The notes beneath the pieces are model-generated. The model was not told where the DNA came from. It worked only from the letters and a program-made list of their open reading frames with translations, and made no database searches. 64,000 bases of DNA from a virus. Positions 58,600-64,000 of the stretch are shown in pieces. The stretch covers positions 1 through 64,000 of the IMG/VR virus record IMGVR_UViG_3300027987_000382. One strand, 5' to 3'. Position numbers and translations under genes: made by a program. The first letter of the stretch is position 1; every line of letters starts with the position of its first letter.

Positions 58600-59160
58600 T
58601 TGACCAGAACGGGATAGCGGACTTGCCGCTCTTAGATCTCAGGAAAGCTCCAACACTACGTATCGAATGGGGGGAAGATCGTGTTGGTCGAACCCTGGTC
58701 TGTTATCCTGCCGTCGTCAACTCCCGCCAAGGAGTCCGAACGCTCTATCAGTTTTGGCGTTCTCAGGATATTCGAGTTACTTGGTGAAACATTACAGCTG
58801 CCGATGCTTCCAGGCTTTACACTCGAGATCAACATTTTCGGATAAGTGCCAATGGCTCTGTTTTGATTAGACCACTCGAGACTGCCTGATGGTACACCGG
58901 ATAACCCCAACTCGTTTTCACCAAGCCTGTAGTCATCCCAGTCACGAGCACCGCGATGTCTCCCATCGGGTCGGCTCAGTGTTACTTTTAAGCACTGCTT
59001 CATGCAGCGTGGTTGAAGCGGGTGACCCGACTTTGCCGAAACCCGGACTCCAAAGAGTCGCAAGAACACCCTAAGAACCCTATTGCTTCAACCGACTGGA
59101 ACTAACAGACGTCAGCACGGCAAACAACGCCGCTATGTCAACGGTAGTTGGGCTAACCGT
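58600..59160. ncRNA. candidate ~560-nt multibranched ncRNA
   Basis: More than ten nested stems in a gene-free interval. Confidence 0.6.
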
Positions 59161-59219
59161 CAGCCGTTAAATACCGAAACCCTGGAAGCGAAGATAGAAT
59201 GAAATTCCAGGAGACCACA

Positions 59220-60536
59220 GTGAAACTCTGCAAGATCGTCAACGAAGAATCCAAACCCGTCGTAGGATGGCGGGAATGGATCGGCTTGCCAGATCTTGGA
59301 ATCGAATCAATCCCCTCCAAAATCGACTCAGGTGCTCGCACAAGTGCCCTTCACGCCTCCGACATCCACGAATTCGAAGAAGATGGCATACTCTGGGTCA
59401 AATTCAGCACAACAGACGGCCAAACAACCTACGACATCGTCGCTGAAGTAGTCGACCACCGCGACGTCAGAAGCTCCAACGGAGATGCCGAACGACGTCC
59501 CGTAATCGTCACAGACATCGAAATGTTCGGACAGAGATGGCCCATCGACATCACACTCGCCAATCGAAACAAGATGGGTTACCCGATGTTGCTCGGCCGA
59601 CAAGCAATCTCAGGCCACATGCAAGTCGACACATCAGATTCATTCGTCACAAAAGAATCGTACGAAGGACTTGAAGACGCCGACGAGTTCGAGTATGAGG
59701 AGATGGTCTCGTGCGACAATTGTGGTGTCGAATACTTCGCACCAACGGCTAATCTCACTCTTTGTGAATGCGGTAGTGCATTCTGTGACAGATGTTCGCC
59801 AGGAATTGACGGCGAGAATGAGGAAGCGTTTGATCGTCAGCCTGAAGAATACCGAAAATCATTCTCCGTCGATCAATACGGGGATATACTTAAATGCCCT
59901 GTTTGCACTGGTTATTACAAACAACAACTCGGTGAATCGTACGAAGGACTTGAAGACGCGGACGAGTTCGACGCTGATGATGATGAGGTCGAAGTCCTCA
60001 ATGTGATGGGTTTTACGCCTGATTCACTTGGTATCCCACCAGAGCTGCAGGAGAACGGGCTTGAGTTGAGTGATGGCAATAGTGCTTTGTGGGACGCTTC
60101 TGAGGAGCGTTGGTATCATGAGCATGATCCTCATTGGACTCTCAATGAGAGCGAATATTGGGGATTGGAAGATGAGGACGAATTCGACGATGGCTCGGAT
60201 CAGCAGGAGATCGAGGAGGTAGATCTCTGGTTTCATGCTAATGACGTGCGTGTTGTCGAGAATGGCGGTATTGTTGATATCGTCGACAGCCATGGCGTTC
60301 TTGAGGGTCTTCCTGATGGTCGTAGGTTCGGTGATGATATTCCGATAGATCGGATCGTCACTGACACGAATCCACATATGACGCATCTGCCGCCGGGTCA
60401 TGAAGCGAGAACGTATCCGCAGGAGTGGCTCGTACTCCATATCAATGATACGTATGTCCTTGCTTGGGAGATTGGCAAGGATGATGGGTGGCAGACTCTT
60501 ACTACCGAGCAGGTAGATGAGATGAATGGCATGTAG
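59220..60536 (+). CDS. polyprotein-like: retropepsin-like (RimK-associated type) protease plus three YEGLEDADEF-tagged modules
   Basis: VGWREW, KIDSGARTSALH, SSNG..ERRP, MLLGR; tags at 59661, 59940, 60156; AGGAG RBS before GTG at 59220. Confidence 0.85.
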   Translation: MKLCKIVNEESKPVVGWREWIGLPDLGIESIPSKIDSGARTSALHASDIHEFEEDGILWVKFSTTDGQTTYDIVAEVVDHRDVRSSNGDAERRPVIVTDIEMFGQRWPIDITLANRNKMGYPMLLGRQAISGHMQVDTSDSFVTKESYEGLEDADEFEYEEMVSCDNCGVEYFAPTANLTLCECGSAFCDRCSPGIDGENEEAFDRQPEEYRKSFSVDQYGDILKCPVCTGYYKQQLGESYEGLEDADEFDADDDEVEVLNVMGFTPDSLGIPPELQENGLELSDGNSALWDASEERWYHEHDPHWTLNESEYWGLEDEDEFDDGSDQQEIEEVDLWFHANDVRVVENGGIVDIVDSHGVLEGLPDGRRFGDDIPIDRIVTDTNPHMTHLPPGHEARTYPQEWLVLHINDTYVLAWEIGKDDGWQTLTTEQVDEMNGM

Positions 60537-60545
60537 TTCAACGAG

Positions 60546-60779
60546 TTAGTACTCGGAACTTTGTTCTGAGAACACCTTCCTGAAGTCTAATGGTTCAGTG
60601 AGGTTTTTGCGAAAGTGATGAGCATCAATTAGGTCATCAATTCGCCGCCACATCTCTGTTAGCGTTATCTCACCTCGTGCGAACTCGTCGACAAGGTTCT
60701 TGATCACGTTTTGATCCTTTTGCTGCCCGGTAGCCTCCTTGCTGTTTACATTCTCATTGTATATTTGATCTTTGGTCAT
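60546..60779 (-). CDS. hypothetical protein
   Basis: Short ORF. Confidence 0.5.
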   Translation of the reverse strand: MTKDQIYNENVNSKEATGQQKDQNVIKNLVDEFARGEITLTEMWRRIDDLIDAHHFRKNLTEPLDFRKVFSEQSSEY

Positions 60780-60785
60780 TTCGAC

Positions 60786-61886
60786 CTACACTTCTGCCTC
60801 TTCTAGAGCATATTCTTGATCGCCTTCGTGCACTACTTCAGCGTGCCTTTTGAGCAGAATATCACGATCAAGATCTCGGGCACCTTTCTGGTCTGCTGAC
60901 AAGAACGCTGTAAACAGATTACTGTGTTTGGACGTGTCCACCCCTTTGGTGATTTGTGATTTCTCTTCCTTCTTCGTGAACATGTCCCACCACCGCACGG
61001 AGCGGGCTCCGAGTTCTATTAAGAACTTACGCATCTCGTGCTTTTCATCCTGGGTGTATTCCCGCTGCAGACCAACGCGAATCATGTTGTTGGCAACTTC
61101 CGCCTTTGTCTTTTGGGGCAGAAGCTCATCGAGGAAAGTGTGGAATTGAGGCGGCGGTGTCTCATCAGGAAAGAACTTCTCTCCGGCTTTCCAGATGTTG
61201 ATGAATTTGTGTGAATCAGCCTCAAGATCATAAACGTAAAATCCGTGTGCGACGTCTCCCTCGTCGAATTTGAACGGAATTGGCGATCCTGGGTACCAGC
61301 AGTTTTCGCCAATTTGTTGTTTGCTGTGGAAATGGCCTGTATAGATCCGATGAAACGGAGTGTGTTCGAAGTTGACTACGGACCAGTCCTGTAGCAAGAA
61401 GCATGTGTTGTAAAGGGCACCACGAACACCGATGTGTGTCAGTAAGCTATCACCTTCCTGGACTTGTTTCTCGATTTCGTGCACTACTTGCATGAACGAT
61501 TTCTCGTACTGGATGAATGGCAGGACCCAAAATCGTCGATCGTCCAGTTGCAGCAGTTTGACATCATCGATGACTGTGAGGTGTCGCCTCATCGCGTCGA
61601 GACTGTTGGTATCCCACGAGTGCCGCAGGAACATGTCGTGATTTCCTGGGAATACGATCCATTGTTGCCCATATTTCGTTACTGTTTCCTCGAAGAAAAG
61701 AGCTGATTTTGACAGCACATCGATCCCGATCGACGTCCGATCGTGATAGAGGTCGCCGAGGACCAGTACGGTGTCAATTCCCGCCGCGTGGCAATACTCA
61801 CGGATCACACGGGTGGCGTAAATTGTATCGTTCAATTTGTCCGGAACGCCGAAGTGGATATCCGCTGTGATGGCTACTTTTGACAT
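60786..61886 (-). CDS. SbcD/Mre11 (T4 gp47-like) nuclease
   Basis: ADIH, GDLYH, GNHD, GHFH, YPGSP. Confidence 0.9.
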   Translation of the reverse strand: MSKVAITADIHFGVPDKLNDTIYATRVIREYCHAAGIDTVLVLGDLYHDRTSIGIDVLSKSALFFEETVTKYGQQWIVFPGNHDMFLRHSWDTNSLDAMRRHLTVIDDVKLLQLDDRRFWVLPFIQYEKSFMQVVHEIEKQVQEGDSLLTHIGVRGALYNTCFLLQDWSVVNFEHTPFHRIYTGHFHSKQQIGENCWYPGSPIPFKFDEGDVAHGFYVYDLEADSHKFINIWKAGEKFFPDETPPPQFHTFLDELLPQKTKAEVANNMIRVGLQREYTQDEKHEMRKFLIELGARSVRWWDMFTKKEEKSQITKGVDTSKHSNLFTAFLSADQKGARDLDRDILLKRHAEVVHEGDQEYALEEAEV

Positions 61887-61901
61887 TTCAGGCTCTTTTA
61901 C

Positions 61902-62291
61902 GTGGATGGCTCGCTTGCAACATTATTTACGGGCAATACATCTCAACGAACCGAATCCAATTGGCTGGTGTCTATGTTGTACCTGACAATGCTCGACAAT
62001 TACGAAACTACCAGCTCGGAAGCTGGAAACGAGCACTTGGAAGGTATGATCCATGTCAGACCGGAGCCACCAAAGAACCTTGAAGATCCTGAGGTTCCTG
62101 ATCATGTATTAACGATCGACCTAGTTACAGTCGATATTAGTCCTGATCCCAAGCCGCGAGGTATGAAAGGCTGGAATCGGTTAAAGGGCAAAACGGCCCA
62201 TTGGGATAATGCTGATTGGAAAATCGCTGAAGTCCAACCAATTGAAAACGGAGATTCTTGCTTTGTCTGGATTGAAAGATTGTCGCCATGA
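61902..62291 (+). CDS. hypothetical protein (start uncertain)
   Basis: ORF coupled to the next gene. Confidence 0.55.
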   Translation: MDGSLATLFTGNTSQRTESNWLVSMLYLTMLDNYETTSSEAGNEHLEGMIHVRPEPPKNLEDPEVPDHVLTIDLVTVDISPDPKPRGMKGWNRLKGKTAHWDNADWKIAEVQPIENGDSCFVWIERLSP

Positions 62292-63214
62292 AACGCAACA
62301 AAGGCTTCCCCTACCGGGAGAAGAAAAAGCAAAAATCGAAGCTGCCTGAGGACCGGCGTCCTCATATCTCCGTCCGTATGCCCTTGCGTGGGTGGGTCCG
62401 AAGAGAAGAACTTGAAGAGGCAACTGGCGATGTAGGCTTCTATATCCCAAGCCTGAAATACATCGAAGACAGTGGCAGACCGAATTGGACTCGTCAAGAA
62501 GCCCATACTCTCATCGATTCCTACGCCAATATCGCCTGGAAGGACAACCAGGAATTTCGCCGCAATATGGCAAAACTCGCCGGGCACTTCATGAGCTTGT
62601 TCGACAAACAGAAAGGACTCTGTGCTCTCACCGATCTCCCACTACTCGGTGCACCGGGCATGAAGCATTACGGAATTGGGATCGACTTGCTGCATAAAAA
62701 GCGTGGGCCAGTGAAGGGCAATATTCGCCTTGTATCATGCCCACTCGCAGTCATGCGATACCGCTATCCGCAATATGCGACACAATCCGTGGCTTTGCCG
62801 AATCGCAAGCACTACCCGAACTTCGACATCACGTATGCGATCGCCCACACCATTTATTGGTACATCGACCGTAAGGTGCCGTTCAAGAACTTGCCAATCA
62901 GAGTCGAATTCCCGCCAGAAAGCGATCAACGGCCGTCGTCACGCTACGACACCAGCAAGGGAATGATCAAATTCCTGTGGGTCTACGCCGATCCGTCGTT
63001 ATCGACGTATAATGACCTGAAAATCTCGCAGGATTCATTTTTCAGAGTCTATCTTGATGGAGCAGACCTACGACTCGAAGGCACCGACAAGATCGTGGAG
63101 CGGCATATTCCGTTGACAGATCCAAGCTTTGACATCGAGAAAGAGATTTGTGACGCTGTGAAATTATGCTTCAGGCGAGGGCTGCACATCAAATTCCGCA
63201 AATCTTCATACTAA
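62288..63214 (+). CDS. hypothetical protein with a degenerate His-Me-finger-like segment
   Basis: KQKGLCALT...IDLL...GNIRLV resembles 56887-57360. Confidence 0.65.
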   Translation: MKRNKGFPYREKKKQKSKLPEDRRPHISVRMPLRGWVRREELEEATGDVGFYIPSLKYIEDSGRPNWTRQEAHTLIDSYANIAWKDNQEFRRNMAKLAGHFMSLFDKQKGLCALTDLPLLGAPGMKHYGIGIDLLHKKRGPVKGNIRLVSCPLAVMRYRYPQYATQSVALPNRKHYPNFDITYAIAHTIYWYIDRKVPFKNLPIRVEFPPESDQRPSSRYDTSKGMIKFLWVYADPSLSTYNDLKISQDSFFRVYLDGADLRLEGTDKIVERHIPLTDPSFDIEKEICDAVKLCFRRGLHIKFRKSSY

Positions 63215-63246
63215 TCCCCAGCAAAAGATACGCTGGAGGATTCGAA

Positions 63247-63795
63247 ATGTTCAACGCCGTACTTCTTTCACTCAGCGATGGTCAGTCGTATGAGAATGTC
63301 CAGGTCTGTGAAGACGGAGACATGGACAAATACGGTATTCCGAAGATTTTCGAAGAATGGACCGGCTGTTTCTTCGCTGACGGAAAATGCATCGTAGTGC
63401 ACCACTGGAAGATCAAAGTCATCCAGATCGACAAGCTACAGCGGAGCGGGAAGGGTTCTTTGTACACAGAACGTCTCGTGCTTGATGGCGACATTCTGTA
63501 TGCTCCGGCTACGATTATCTCGCACGAGGTCTGTCATACGTTAGGAGTCCCACACTTCTTCGTAAAGCGTGGTGGAATTGCCGGACAACTGACGTGGTCA
63601 TGCCCGCACGGCACATTCATCACTCACGACACGAACGTTGTGAGTATCATTGTCAATGATCCAAGACCAAAAGGCATCACAAGAGCACACCAGCCAGGAG
63701 TCGATTCTATCACACCGACTCAGGTAATTCGAGCTGCAAATGCTCCAGAGACTGTTCATGGGAAATTGGCTCCTCGAAAATCGAGATTCTCATGA
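63247..63795 (+). CDS. hypothetical protein (contains HEVCH)
   Basis: GGAGG RBS; internal two-repeat structure. Confidence 0.65.
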   Translation: MFNAVLLSLSDGQSYENVQVCEDGDMDKYGIPKIFEEWTGCFFADGKCIVVHHWKIKVIQIDKLQRSGKGSLYTERLVLDGDILYAPATIISHEVCHTLGVPHFFVKRGGIAGQLTWSCPHGTFITHDTNVVSIIVNDPRPKGITRAHQPGVDSITPTQVIRAANAPETVHGKLAPRKSRFS

Positions 63796-64000
63796 AACTT
63801 GGCCAAATAGCCGAGAACTACGAAGGTCTCGAGGACGCTGATGAATTTGGCGATACCGGATTCCCTGATGTATGGGAATTGGACGAGACACTGAAGGCCG
63901 TTATTAGAAGCGGCAAGATGGTTTCTGCGGAGCCGGTTGGTGATTCTTGGAGCGACGATCATATCCCTTGTATTCAAGCTCGTATCAACATGGTCGACGA
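63792..64000 (+). CDS. YEGLEDADEF-tag protein, truncated by the window end
   Basis: MKLGQIAE-NYEGLEDADEF. Confidence 0.8.
   Translation, partial: MKLGQIAENYEGLEDADEFGDTGFPDVWELDETLKAVIRSGKMVSAEPVGDSWSDDHIPCIQARINMVD

Noticed and set aside
58641-58651. RNase P RNA (aggaaagctcc)
   Set aside because: Only a partial match to GAGGAAAGUCC, and the matching 3' P4 consensus was not found.
1-64000. Stop-codon reassignment (alternative genetic code)
   Set aside because: Conserved genes are intact under code 11 and end in TAA, TAG and TGA; no suppressor tRNA was seen.

Overview
This window looks like part of a large (jumbo-type) bacteriophage genome: standard genetic code, dense genes, mostly on the minus strand. 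It holds a 12-tRNA cluster with an HNH endonuclease and interspersed structured RNAs. It also holds a T4-like replication/recombination set (gp32-like SSB, UvsY-like, 5'-3' exonuclease, DnaB-like helicase, RecA, SbcD/gp47, resolvase, RNase HI), a PolA-like polymerase domain, a split DnaE, GroES, an actin-like ATPase, an RNAP alpha-CTD-like protein and many glycan-modifying enzymes. The strongest candidate for a new system is a reverse transcriptase (39132-40511, apparently with two frameshifts). It is divergent from three homologous ~140-155 nt structured RNA units with covarying stems (38217-38365, 38368-38521, 38975-39115), which are interleaved with three paralogous proteins. The second candidate is a 10-aa acidic tag (YEGLEDADEF) found 10 times in 6 unrelated proteins. 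It usually follows a putative (I/L)-x-E protease site, and one carrier is a polyprotein headed by a retropepsin-like protease. Two long structured non-coding regions (2250-2680, 58600-59160) are candidate large ncRNAs. All calls come from reading the sequence and motifs by eye; no searches were run.
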